From: Macrostomum lignano
Taxonomy: Eukaryota
DNA: 50,704 nt
Assembly: GCA_002269645.1 (NCBI GenBank)
Contig: NIVC01000813.1
Coordinates: 1 to 50,704, forward strand
Direction: 5' to 3'
The notes below the pieces were generated by a model. That model saw nothing but the letters and a program-made list of their open reading frames with translations, did no database searches and was not told the DNA's origin. Within the stretch, counting starts at the first letter, position 1, and each line of letters starts with the position of its first letter. The translations under genes and the position numbers were made by a program. Of the stretch, positions 12,940 to 31,663 are shown piece after piece.

Positions 12940-13249
12940 TGGCGCGGCAACTGACAAACGAACGGAGTAGCACTTGGAACGCCAGACAGCAACCAAAATA
13001 TTGGAGACGTGAACTCTCAGAAAAAAAACAGTTGTTGTTGTTGTATGTTTGTTCAGAGAGAAGTTAGCTAATCAGAATGAAAATAAACTCTGAGACAATT
13101 ATTGTTAATATATTTACTATTTGGCGCTGTTGGCATTGCATTCTCACATTTGTTTGTTATAATTTGCATTTGTTTCATTTTGATGCATCCGGATACAGTG
13201 ACGACGCCCATCAAGTTGGTAATGTCAACATGTATCAACATGTATGTCA

Positions 13250-13500
13250 CCCCTTTGGCGACCACGTGCCGGTGTTCGCAGCGCGGTCCCTCTCCGGAGA
13301 GCCTAGGAGGTGGATGGTCGCTCGCCCGGTAGCCCTTGGGTAAGCGGACGAGCTGGCAGAGATTCTCGGGCCTGAAAACGTTGGAAAGGTCCGGGTTTGG
13401 GCCGAGATAGGTGAGCCTGTCCTGAGTAAGGCGGGCCGGGCACAGATGAAGTGCTCCGCATTCCTCAACACCGGAGAGGCAGAATATACATGATCCTCAC
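13250..13500 (-). mobile_element. Decayed non-LTR retrotransposon (LINE) 3' fragment encoding the C-terminal Cys/His knuckle
   Basis: With frameshifts it reads [42 protein letters not shown], homologous to the 42037-42339 ORF ([17 protein letters not shown]...[19 protein letters not shown]). Confidence 0.75.
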
Positions 13501-13875
13501 TACAGATTATTCGACTTTTAGTGGCTAACAAGTTGAAAAGTTGTTTTCCTTTGCTAATGCTGGTAAATTTCTTATTAAAGCCCACGTTATTATAATGTCA
13601 CTAACCAAACTCCAGTTCTTATTGACTTCAACTATATTATTGATTGTGCTTAAGACCGAGGGTCAATTTCCTCTGGGAAGTGTCAACTAACAGCAAAATC
13701 ATATGTCAAGGTTTCGATCGATTACAAGAGAAAAATATGTACAAGAATTGAACGTCTGATATTATTCGAGCTTCTTCATTCGGCTACAGGGGCAAACTTT
13801 TCTACAGGAGCAAACTTTTCATTTGGCTACAGGGGCAAGGGGCGTCATGTATAGCCGACGCTCTGCATGGAGTGT

Positions 13876-14020
13876 CCATGGATGAATAAAACTTACGTTT
13901 TTACCATAGACAACTAAGAAATCTTCAGTAGCCAATCGGTGCGAACGGGGGCTTCGCGAGGCAAAATTGCACCCCTGAATTTAAGGCAGACGAGCAATCC
14001 ATGTTTTTATTCATCCATGG
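13876..14020. mobile_element. Small MITE-like inverted-repeat element
   Basis: 16-bp perfect inverted repeat CCATGGATGAATAAAA at 13876-13891 and 14005-14020. The TSD is ambiguous. Confidence 0.4.
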
Positions 14021-15045
14021 GGGTGTCCAAGTCAACTTGTCCTCAGAGACGTAGACCTTTTAGCCATAGACGATTCAAAATAATAGCAACTTGTGAAGTT
14101 TTTGGTTGAAATTTTCAAGCAGTTTTGTGAAACCATCCTCCTTGTAGCTTGATAACCTGTAGCCATTCAGCCCGTAGCTTGTAACTTGTAAAATCTATAA
14201 AACTGGTTTAGTATTCTCTCGAGAGATCAGATTTTTCTCGAACCGAATTATTTGTCGCCTTGTCGGGCAAAAACCCATTTAGCGCTATGCGTTCTCCAAA
14301 GGAGGAGTGTTGCATAGAATTGCAACACGTAAATTGGGATTTCTGTTGCATAGATTACTACTAACATATGCAGCAGAGTAAACTAAATGCGCCAGCAATA
14401 CGATAAATATACGTTACTTACGGGCCTCTGCAGCTCATTTCTAAGAAAAAATTATGTGGGCTGCATAACAACATACGAGATTCATAGGAAAGATTATAAT
14501 TGAAAGCGCTCAAACCTAACGCCTCCAGCCCCGAGACTGGTTTGACTGCCGCTCTGTAGCAACAGTATAATATTGTTCCAACAACTTGATGCAGTAATTA
14601 GAAGCCTCGAATTAGAGTTATTTAGCAGTTAAATTAAAGTTACCCAGTGACTTAACTTAAGTTTCCTGGTCACGGAAACAAAATTTCGGACTTTTAAAGC
14701 CTCTATTTCTAGAGCCTCCACTGCTACTAAGCTGTATACACGCGCATTGAAGATTGACGAATTTCGAAGACTTGCTTTCTTTCAATATACGACTTGGTAA
14801 TTTTCCGACTCTAGCTTTAAAGAAAAAAGTCTCGCGTGTTTTCAAAGTCTTACCTAAAAAGCAGAGAGAAAGAAAGAGAAAAACACACAATGCGTTTTTG
14901 TTTGAATATTGAAAATTAATAGGAGGACAGCAGCTGACACTGGCTTCTGCGCTTCTATTGATTCAATTGGTTGGTTGGAAAAATGATCGAGGTAGCACAA
15001 TGTAAATACTGCCTGCTGTGCCCAAGCTTGCCGGTTGCTGACATA

Positions 15046-15430
15046 TGAAATGCTAATTTTGATAAACATGACCTGCTAATATTGAGAAATATGACATGCT
15101 AATTTTGATAAACATGACCTGCTAATATTGAGAAATATGACATGCTAATTTTGATAAACATGACATGCTAATATTGAGAAATATGACATGCTAATTTTGA
15201 TAAACATGACCTGCTAATATTGAGAAATATGACATGCTAATTTTGATAAACATGACCTGCTAATATTGAGAAATATGACATGCTAATTTTGATAAACATG
15301 ACCTGCTAATATTGAGAAATATGACATGCTAATTTTGATAAACATGACATGCTAATATTGAGAAATATGACATGCTAATTTTGATTAACGTGACATACTG
15401 ATGACATACTGAAATATGACATGCTAATTA
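15046..15430. repeat. 46-bp minisatellite built from two alternating 23-bp variants
   Basis: ATGACATGCTAATTTTGATAAAC alternates with ATGACCTGCTAATATTGAGAAAT. Confidence 0.9.
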
Positions 15431-15525
15431 GAATTATGCGTAATGAATCTTGAAACCAATAAGGAACCAAACAATATACGGTAATAAAGTTGAATAAAGA
15501 ACTGAAAATTTCAACTAGCCGCAAG

Positions 15526-22397
<6,872 letters not shown>

Positions 22398-22512
22398 CTC
22401 TTTTAGCAGGCAGTTTTTTATTGACAGCTAGAAATTAAAACGAAATTATTGCAGTCTTTTGACATTGGGGAAAGTTTGTTATAAATTAGCTGGCTAATTT
22501 GGGGGTAGATCA

Positions 22513-23066
22513 AAGGTTTTAAGAATGATTAGTGGTAGATCAAAGGATTGAGAGTGATTGGTGGTAGATCAAAGGATTGAGAGGGATTTGCGGTAGATCA
22601 AAGGATTGAGAGAGATTGGCGGTAGATCAAAGGATTGAGAGTGATTGGTGGTAGATCAAAGGATTGAGAGGGATTTGCGGTAGATCAAAGGATTGAGAGA
22701 GATTGGTGGTAGATCAAAGGATTGAGAGTGATTGGTGGTAGATCAAAGGATTGAGAGGGATTTGCGGTAGATCAAAGGATTGAGAGAGATTGGCGGTAGA
22801 TCAAAGGATTGAGAGTGATTGGCGGTAGATCAAAGGATTGAGAGTGATTGGTGGTAGATCAAAGGATTGAGAGTGATTGGTGGTAGATCAAAGGATTGAG
22901 AGAGATTGGCGGTAGATCAAAGGATTGAGAGTGATTGGTGGTAGATCAAAGGATTGAGAGGGATTGGCGGTAAATCAAAGGATTGAGAGTGATTTGCGGT
23001 AGATCAAAGGATTGAGAGAGATTGGCGGTAGATCAAAGGATTGAGAGTGATTGGCGGTAAATCAAA
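22513..23066. repeat. 29-bp minisatellite between BAG1 and cathepsin L
   Basis: Unit GGTAGATCAAAGGATTGAGAGTGATTGGT. Confidence 0.95.
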
Positions 23067-23576
23067 GAAATACAACGACTAGGTTTGCCGTACATCAAAG
23101 ACAAAGTACAGGAATGTAGCAATACACATAACTAAAATACTTGGTAAATTTTAATCCTGAAAATTACTTATAGAAAAGTATACAGCGCATTTACAATGCA
23201 CCTTTATATAATTATTAGGAGCTGGCGTCAAGATAAATAAATAAAAATAATTTGACAAGAAAGCACTAAAATGAGCAACAAGGAACTCAATAATTAAACA
23301 AATGAAAGACAGGTAACGCAAGGTATGAATGACTCAATGCTGTTGATTAAATCTCTGGGCAAGTGGGTAATGTGTTGATACAGTGGCTTGACTTGTAATC
23401 ATGTAATTTGGTTAAGTAAGTCGCTTAGTTAGTTACTTACACAAAGACAAGGCTGAAATAAAGCGCTTTAAATAAGAATGGCTAACCTGGAAGGTCTATC
23501 TAGCAAGATCAATAGTGTGCAGAGAATGAACTCGGCGGTTACGTATTTCAATCAAGCATTCAAATAGCCAAACAAG

Positions 23577-26500
23577 TCAGTCCAGAGTGCAGTCTTCGGC
23601 TTCGCTATTGGTGGCCTGCTCATCATCGTCAAGCAGGTCGGCCAGCAGCGACTCGGCTTTGGCCTGTAAACTATCTAATAATTTCAATGAATTCCGACGC
23701 CGCTCTCTGATTCGATTGGCGAAATCGCTAGTAGACCGGCCTAGCAAAGCTACGAGGCTGCTCCGGCAAGACTCGGCGTCGCTAGTGATCGACGCCGCTC
23801 GTTTAGTCAGCGCGCGCAGAAACACGTGACGCAAGTCTGTTGGCACAAAGCCCTGAGAATAGTCGGAGAATTCTTCTCTGATAATTTCTAGACGAATTTC
23901 TAAGTCGGCAATTGACTTTTCAATTGACTCGATGCTGGATAGAGCGTCAGCCTCGGACTGGTCCATTGCCTGCAGTTTAATCAAAGATTCAAATTAAAAT
24001 AGGGCGGCTTGTATAACATTTATCGGGTTTTATCTGTAATCACGTGATTAGCCGAGCGGGCAGTGTACAATTGAAATTGAATGTACATCTTGTTATCTAA
24101 CGAAGAGTAATTTAATTGAGACTCAGTTCTCTCTTCTTGGATTACATTAAACGAAACAGGATTGTATAACTTTTATCACACAGTGATCACGTGATTAGCC
24201 GAAAGGGTAGTGCACAACTGAAACTGAATGTACGAGTACATCTTGTCTTCTAATGACGAGTAATTTCACCGAAGACCCCACTTTTCTCGCCCTGGTATCT
24301 ATTGTAAATTGTGCATTAGATAAGAGCAACAACCACCCCGAGGTCAAAGATAAGCCTAGCCTGGCCTAGGCCTACACAAAAGCCAATTGCATAATAATAT
24401 TTGACACGAATTAAACGACACCATGTCCTTTTTATGTCGTAGAATCAGATAATGCATTTAGACGAAGCGCATATTAAACTTCTTAAATGTTAGCTTTACT
24501 ATATTAGTAGCTCAAATTAATTTTACAATGGGTTGGGTGTGAACCAACAGTCTGTACATTGAATTGAGTTATCTTTAACATGCATGCTGAGCTTTACTGG
24601 CTTTTAACCTTGCTTACATTGCCACCAGTAGCACAGCCAGAAATTTGTTGAGGGGGGGGGAAGATTCTGGAGACCCAAGAGGCCCGGGGGTGGAGGGGAT
24701 GGCTCTGTATTTTGGCAAAATTCTATCTATTGGTCCCCCCGTTGATTTTTTTCTGGTCTCCACTAGGGAATACAAAATCCCGAGTTTTGCCAATCCTGGG
24801 ACCCTAACAAATTGGGACAAAAGTTTCTAATCTAATCTGATTTTTGAAAAGGGCTTTTAATGACAATATTTTGCAAACAAGAAACTGACAGTGAGCTCTG
24901 AATTGGAGTGTGATGTACTGGCTGGCATGATAGACATGCTTTTTTACATGCCAGTAACTCAGGAGTGACTCAGTTACTAGAGTGACTCAGGAAAATCACA
25001 GTTGATTGTGATGTAACCTGGGGAATGATGGCTTACAGAGCTATGGCCCGAGGTACTGATACCAGGGTAGAAGGGGATCAGACATCACCCTCCCAGTCCC
25101 AGGGACACCCGCCATAGATGGAGAACTGTTAGCTTTGGTCATGCTCTGATAGCAAGGTCCCACTGTTCTAATCCTAACTACAGCTAGGGAGTTTTGAAGG
25201 TAGGGACTGCTTAAAGTAGCTCTATATTATTACCTTTAACGCCCTTACCACCTGCTAACAGCTTCTGTTTTGTATCCCTGCAGCCCTATAGCATTCTACT
25301 CACAAGCTTGCATGTTTAAAAGATTAAGAAATCAAAATAGGACAACTGGGTTATGATTTTCACCTGACAAGTATCTCAGCTACTGATACTCAAGAATGAA
25401 TGATTGGGTTATTGCAAAACGGGATCCGGATCCCGATGGTCAATCCTGGGATGGGATTTTTGAATCCCGGAAAACAGTCCTAATCAAAATTCCGGGATTA
25501 AGAATCCTGGGATTTGGGTCTAATCCCGGGATTCCAGGATTGTATTCCTTAGTTTCCACTTGAGAGGAGGGGTGACTGCCGATACATGTGCAACCCCCCT
25601 GATTTACACTGGTCGTGCGACTTACTTTTTGACCAAAAAGGCGACTTACCTGTGAAAGAAACCCTAAAGTAAAGATAAACGCAACTTTGGGTAAACGGCA
25701 GGAGTAACTATAACTGTTTTATTAAGGCTAAATACCTCGTCATCTAATTAGTAATACGTCTATTTTTGGTTGGCATTCTTGCAACTTACCTTGGTTGGGA
25801 TTGGGAGCCTCGCCAGCTAGCCAGATTGGCCAAATGTTGTGCATGTATGGGACTGCCCCACTGCCCCCCCCCTCGTGTTGCACCACTGATTGCCACCACA
25901 TTGACAATCAAATCACACAACTAAGATACAAAACAATCTAAAAGTATATAAGCTTAGTGATTGGTATTGATGATCACATAGAAATTGCCCTTATTACATG
26001 GTGACAACTAATGAAGTTCTTTGACCCTTTGAGAATAATGAGATCTTTTTTCATTCTGGTATTAAGGCTTATATTTCATAACTTTATTCGAAATATATTT
26101 TTTGGTTTGGTCTACTTTTGGTTTGGCATTTATAGACCAAAAAGCTAGCTCATTTAAAACACTAGGCTTATTATTTAACAATTATTAACAATTAATCCAA
26201 TAGCTCATATCATGTTAAAAATTCTCTTACCTTGCTGCCAATCAGCATGACTTTTTCATTATTCTTCAACCCTTGTTCAGTTAGGCTACCTGGGTGTAAA
26301 GACTTTCCTACAAAAGTAAATAAGTTTTGAATGAAATTTTATTAATTTACAAAATGATTAGTACAAGGTTAATTAATTCATATATTCATAAATAGTATTC
26401 TAAATTTAAACAAGATAAACAAAAACAGGCCTATAAATTAAAAAAACATATAAACATAACAGTATCAAACTAGTTTACCTTTATAAATTAACTTTTGATA

Positions 26501-27099
26501 TGCTATAGGAACACCAATTTCTTGCGCAACTTTTGTAGCTAGAAGTTCATATGAATCCTCAGTGCATTCAATGGCAGTTTTCTTACTCACTGAAAAGTAA
26601 AGAAAAGAGAATAAATAAGACATAGAAAGAAAACTATATAGGGCCTAAGCCTATCACATATGCCTGTACATATGGCTAGTCTTAAATAAACCTTCACTGC
26701 ATTAAATAGGACTATATCCTTTAACTGTTGGCGTGTTGCATAGAGACTGTTTAAATTACGCATATTCATTCTCAGCCAGACTTGGTGGTACAGCCAATGG
26801 GCATGGTGTAAAGGTGTTAGGTCTTAGGTGTAGAATAAAGGATTGGAAGGCTTGTCATAGGGGGCCTATATCACATAATTTTATACACTCAGTACATTAA
26901 TTTCAAAGTAACCCTCACGCCGAAGGCGGTCCCCATCTAAAAATTCATGGCTGCGCCATTGTATTATACCCGCTGTGTTTCGGCCGTAAGTTGAGTATGC
27001 CAGAAAAAGCAGTTGGCTACTAAAAAAAATAATAAGTTTGGCGCAGTAGGCGGCGTAGGGCTACTGGTCTAACTTACAATAAAGAATAGTAAGCTTCAT
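23577..27099 (-). CDS. BAG1: BAG1-like co-chaperone (ubiquitin-like domain plus BAG domain, ~200 aa)
   Basis: Phase-consistent exons 27099-27078, 26589-26479, 26307-26231 and 23969-23577. UBL motif QKLIYKGKSL...KVMLIGSK (BAG1 has QKLIFKGKSL...RVMLIGKK) is followed by a helical BAG domain with SQGFVPTDL and RERRR. Confidence 0.85.
24009..24270. repeat. Diverged ~150-bp tandem duplication in BAG1 intron 3
   Basis: Two copies of GTATAAC...ATCACGTGATTAGCCGA...TGAATGTAC...ATCTTGT. Confidence 0.7.
24764..25551. mobile_element. Non-autonomous hAT-type element (~790 bp)
   Basis: 12-bp TIRs TAGGGAATACAA and TTGTATTCCTTA (1 mismatch). 8-bp flanking direct repeats GTCTCCAC (24756-24763) and GTTTCCAC (25552-25559). 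Subterminal ATCCCG/CGGGAT-type motifs; no transposase ORF. Confidence 0.75.
25689..25752 (+). pseudogene. Short degenerate 28S rRNA fragment spanning the R2/I-PpoI target site
   Basis: GGGTAAACGGCAGGAGTAACTATAACTGTTTTATTAAGGCTAAATACCTCGTCATCTAATTAGT aligns to the conserved 28S sequence GGGTAAACGGCGGGAGTAACTATGACTCTCTTAAGGTAGCCAAATGCCTCGTCATCTAATTAGT (recalled). The flanks are not rDNA-like. Confidence 0.8.
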
Positions 27100-27510
27100 T
27101 ACTGATTACCACAGTCGGTTTTGCGTTAGAGGAGATAAAAACAAATATACAATTTTTAGTCCTATAAAAACTCACAGAAAGCTTCAAGCAATTGCGCACG
27201 TGCGCGCAGTCCGAACCTGCCTCTCTTCTAATTTTGAAAAATTGCACCGTTTTCTTTATCGATTATAACAAAAAAAGCTTGCTAGCGATGAAAAGTATTT
27301 TGAAAGTTAATAATAGTTCAGTAAAATATGCTAAATGAAGGTGAAAAAGAAAATGTATTATAAACATATTTCTTTGTCTTTAACATCAATGGAATGTCTA
27401 CAGACTCAAACATACATTTAACATTGTATTTTTTAGTTCTTTAATCGAATGCGCATTGCATTCTGTTGGGGTCTATCAATCGCGAATACTGTACGAAACA
27501 CGAAGTAGTT
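27100..27510. promoter_or_regulatory. Probable bidirectional promoter region between BAG1 and CLUAP1
   Basis: Divergent ATGs lie 411 bp apart. There is a possible 74-nt BAG1 5'UTR intron at 27102-27175 (gtgagt...aatcag). Confidence 0.55.
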
Positions 27511-30500
27511 ATGTCATTCAGAGACATAAGAAGCTTTACAGAAATGATGAGAGCTCTAGGGTACCCTAGACTCATCAGCATGGAAAACTTTCGTTCCCCT
27601 AACTTTCGACTTGTTGCTGAAATCCTCGTTTGGTTGGCAAAACGCTTCGACCCAGGCATGGATATACCAAAAGAGATCGACAGCGAACAAGATCGAGTGA
27701 TTTTTATTAAAATGGTTGCTCAGAGTATGGCACTTAAAGCTCATATCAAGCTAAACACGAAGAAGCTTTATCAAGCCGATGGTCATGCAGTAAAAGAGCT
27801 CCTAAAAATGACATCCCAGTTGTATCAGGCAATGAAAAACATTAATTCTGGTTCAGCAACAAGTCAAAATGAAAGCTCTTTGAGTCTTGGAGCAGCCAAG
27901 GTAAGCAACTTTAATTAAAAAGTTTTTACTTTTTACTTTATTTTGTTCATTTAAGTTAAGTACTTAGGGCAGTTGCTTCTTTGGGCTAGTGTTAATTGTG
28001 TTGATCTATTTTGAATGCTTACTTTATTAAAATTTTAGATTTTTTTAGAATTTTACTCGTACAAAAGCAAATTTATTTTTTCTTTACTGTTTTATTTGTG
28101 AAGTAGAATTTTTTTTAAAGTATAAAATGTAAGGGATCTTTTTTAAACTGAGATTTTACTTCTTTGTTTATTATATTCAATTTATTTCTTTACATATCCC
28201 TTTTTAGCCACACGAGATCAAAGAATGCCGACGACTCGCGTCAGAAATCACCTCCCGCGGCGCCGCCCTGTACGACCTGCTAAACCGGGAGCCTGACCTA
28301 AGAGATTTACGTTCTCTGGCGCTAGCCCGCCAGTTGGAGACAACTCAAGTTGAGAAGGGCATCCGCGGCAATATCAAAACTATCGAGGCCGAATTAAAGA
28401 AGACTCAATCAGCTTTGGAGAACATTGCAAGCGACGAGGCGAATTTGCAAGCTAAAATTGATAAGAAGAAAAGCGAGCTGGAACGAAATCAGAAACGACT
28501 GAGCACGTTGCAGGTGATCATTAGAATAATTTGTGGAGGTTGTTGCGCCAAACTATAGGCATCAGTGGCGTCAAACTATAGTCATCAGTGGCGTCAAACT
28601 ATAGGCATCAGTGGCGTCAAACTATAGTCATCAGTGGCATCAAACTATAGGCATCAGTGGCGTCAAACTATAGGCATCAGTGGCGTCAAACTATAGTAAT
28701 CAGTGGCGTCAAACTATATGCATCAGTGGCGTCAAACTATAGGCATCAGTGGCGTCAAACTATAGTCATCAGTGGCGCCAAACTATATGCATCAGTGGCG
28801 TCAAACTATAGGCATCAGTGGCGTCAAACTATAGTCATCAGTGGCGCCAAACTATATGCATCAGTGGCGTCAAACTATATGCATCAGTGGCGTCAAACTA
28901 TAGTCATCAGTGGCGTCAAACTATATGCATCAGTGGCGTCAAACTATAGGCATCAGTGGCGTCAAACTATATGCATCAGTGGCATCAAACTATAGGCATC
29001 AGTGGCGTCAAACTATAGGCATCAGTGGCGTCAAACTATAGTAATCAGTGGCGTCAAACTATATGCATCAGTGGCGTCAAACTATAGGCATCAGTGGCGT
29101 CAAACTATAGTCATCAGTGGCGCCAAACTATATGCATCAGTGGCGTCAAACTATAGGCATCAGTGGCGTCAAACTATAGTCATCAGTGGCGTCAAACTAT
29201 ATGCATCAGTGGCGTCAAACTATATGCATCAGTGGCGTCAAACTATAGTCATCAGTGGCGTCAAACTATATGCATCAGTGGCGTCAAACTATAGGCATCA
29301 GTGGCGTCAAACTATATGCATCAGTGGCGTCAAACTATTGGCATCAGTGGCGTCAAACTATAGTCATCAGTGGCGCCAAACTATATGCATCAGTGGCGTC
29401 AAACTATAGTCATCAGTGGCGCCAAACTATATGCATCAGTGGCGTCAAACTATAGGCATCAGTGGCGTCAAACTATAGTCATCAGTGGCGCCAAACTATA
29501 TGCATCAGTGGCGCCAAACTATATGCATCAGTGGCGCCAAACTATATGCATCAGTGGCGCCAAACTATATGCATCAGTGGCGTCAAACTATAGTCATCAG
29601 TGGCGTCAAACTATATGCATCAGTGGCGTCAAACTATAGGCATCAGTGGCGTCAAACTATATGCATCAGTGGCGTCAAACTATATGCATCAGTGGCGTCA
29701 AACTATAGGCATCAGTGGCGTCAAACTATAGTCATCAGTGGCGTCAAACTATATGCATCAGTGGCGTCAAACTATATGCATCAGTGGCGTCAAACTATAT
29801 GCATCAGTGGCGTCAAACTATAGTCATCAGTGGCGCCAAACTATATGCATCAGTGGCGTCAAACTATAGTCATCAGTGGCGCCAAACTATATGCATCAGT
29901 GGCGCCAAACTATATGCATCAGTGGCGTCAAACTATAGTCATCAGTGGCGTCAAACTATATGCATCAGTGGCGTCAAACTATAGGCATCAGTGGCGTCAA
30001 ACTAAAGTCATCAGTGGCGCCAAACTATATGCATCAGTGGCGCCAAACTATATGCATCAGTGGCGTCAAACTATAGTCATCAGTGGCGCCAAACTATAGG
30101 CATCAGTGGCGCCAAACATAGACATCAGTAGCGCCAAACTATAGACATTAGTGGCGCTAAACTATAGAAAACAGCAGGAGCATCAGCAGTGTTTAGCATC
30201 AGAAGAACAGCATTTAAATTAGATTTAATATGATACACTACTATTAGTAGGTCAAAAGCGACGTATCTATAAAAAAACGAAAAATAAGATTTAAAAAACC
30301 ATTTGAACACACGCGCAGGCTGTCCGACCTGCCTACATGGACGAATACGAGCGTATCGAAGAGGAACTCGACCGACTCTATCGGATTTATCTGTTAAAAT
30401 TTCGCAATCTCAGCTTTTTGGAGGCTCAATACGAAGAATTCTGCCGTTCGGAGCGCGAGCAGACGGCCGCCGAGCTGGAGAGGACGGCTGAGGCGGCGGC

Positions 30501-31663
30501 CAGGCAGGAGATGGCCAAGAAGCCGCGGTCTGGCGGCAAAGCGAAGGTCGGACTCGACGACCAACTGTCCGACGATGTTGCCAGCGATGGGGCTGAGTCA
30601 AGCGAGAGCGAGGATAGCAACGCTAGTGAGTGCTGAGCGTATTGACTCACATTGAAGTGTCTCGTCTGACAGCCCAAATTTATAATTTTGGGCCGACATC
30701 TCTGGCCCTTTAGGAGCCATCTCTGACACATTGAAGCCTGCATCTCTGACACTTTAAGAGCCTGAATCTCTGACACTTTGAGGGCCTGAATCTCTGACAC
30801 GTTGAGGCCTGAATCTCTGACACTTTGAGGGCCTGAATCTCTGACACTTTGGGGGCCTGAATCTCTGACACTTTGGGGGCCTGAATCTCTGACACTTTGA
30901 GGGCCTGAACCTCTGACACTTTAAGAGCCTGCATCTCTGACACTTTGAGGGCCTGCATCTCTGACACTTTGAGGCCTGAATCTCTGACACTTTAAGGGCC
31001 TGCATCTCTGACACTTTGAGGCCTGAATCTCTGACACTTTAAGGGCCTGCATCTCTGACACTTTGAGGCCTGAATCTCTGACACTTTAAGGGCCTGCATC
31101 TCTGACACTTTGAGGCCTGAATCTCTGACACTTTGAGGCCTGAATCTCTGACACTTTGAGGCCTGAATCTCTGACACTTTAAGGGCCTGCATCTCTGACA
31201 CTTTGAGGCCTGAATCTCTGACACTTAAGGGCCTGCATCTCTGACACTTTGAGGCCTGAATCTCTGACACATTGGGCGCCATCTCTGACACTTTGGGCAC
31301 CATCTACGCCAAAGCCATCCCGGAAATTCGATTCCCTCAGACGAGCTGATTAGCCGGCCAAAGGCGCCAACAGGCGGCGTGCGCGGATCCGCCGGTGGTC
31401 AACCAGGCGCCGGCGGTGTCGCCAAGCGCAATTTCGGCTCCATGGGCACCGATTTGTCCGACGAAGACGACGACGAAGACGACGAATCCGGCAGCGAAGC
31501 CACCTACTACGACGAAGAAGATGAAGATTCGTCTGGCTTGGACTCGACCGAGGACCCTACCAGGCCGCCGGCGGGAATGTCCAGAGGCATGGGCGGCATC
31601 GGCGGCGGCCGCGGCGCCGGTCGCAAAGTCGCGCAACAGGTGGACAGTGACGACGACTTCTAG
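27511..31663 (+). CDS. CLUAP1: Clusterin-associated protein 1 / IFT38 (~441 aa)
   Basis: Phase-consistent exons 27511-27900, 28208-28513, 30319-30625 and 31341-31663. N-terminus [32 protein letters not shown], motifs [12 protein letters not shown] and [11 protein letters not shown]...[10 protein letters not shown], and acidic tail DSDDDF. Confidence 0.95.
28546..30165. repeat. 23-bp minisatellite in CLUAP1 intron 2
   Basis: Unit CATCAGTGGCG(T/C)CAAACTATA(GG/GT/TG). Confidence 0.97.
30700..31300. repeat. 23/24-bp minisatellite in CLUAP1 intron 3
   Basis: Unit TCTCTGACACTTT(G/A)AG(G)GCCTG(A/C)A. Confidence 0.95.

Noticed and set aside
28657-31303. ORFs in CLUAP1 introns (MASNYRHQW..., MSEIQALKV...)
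   Set aside because: Minisatellite translations that shift frame with the 23-bp period.
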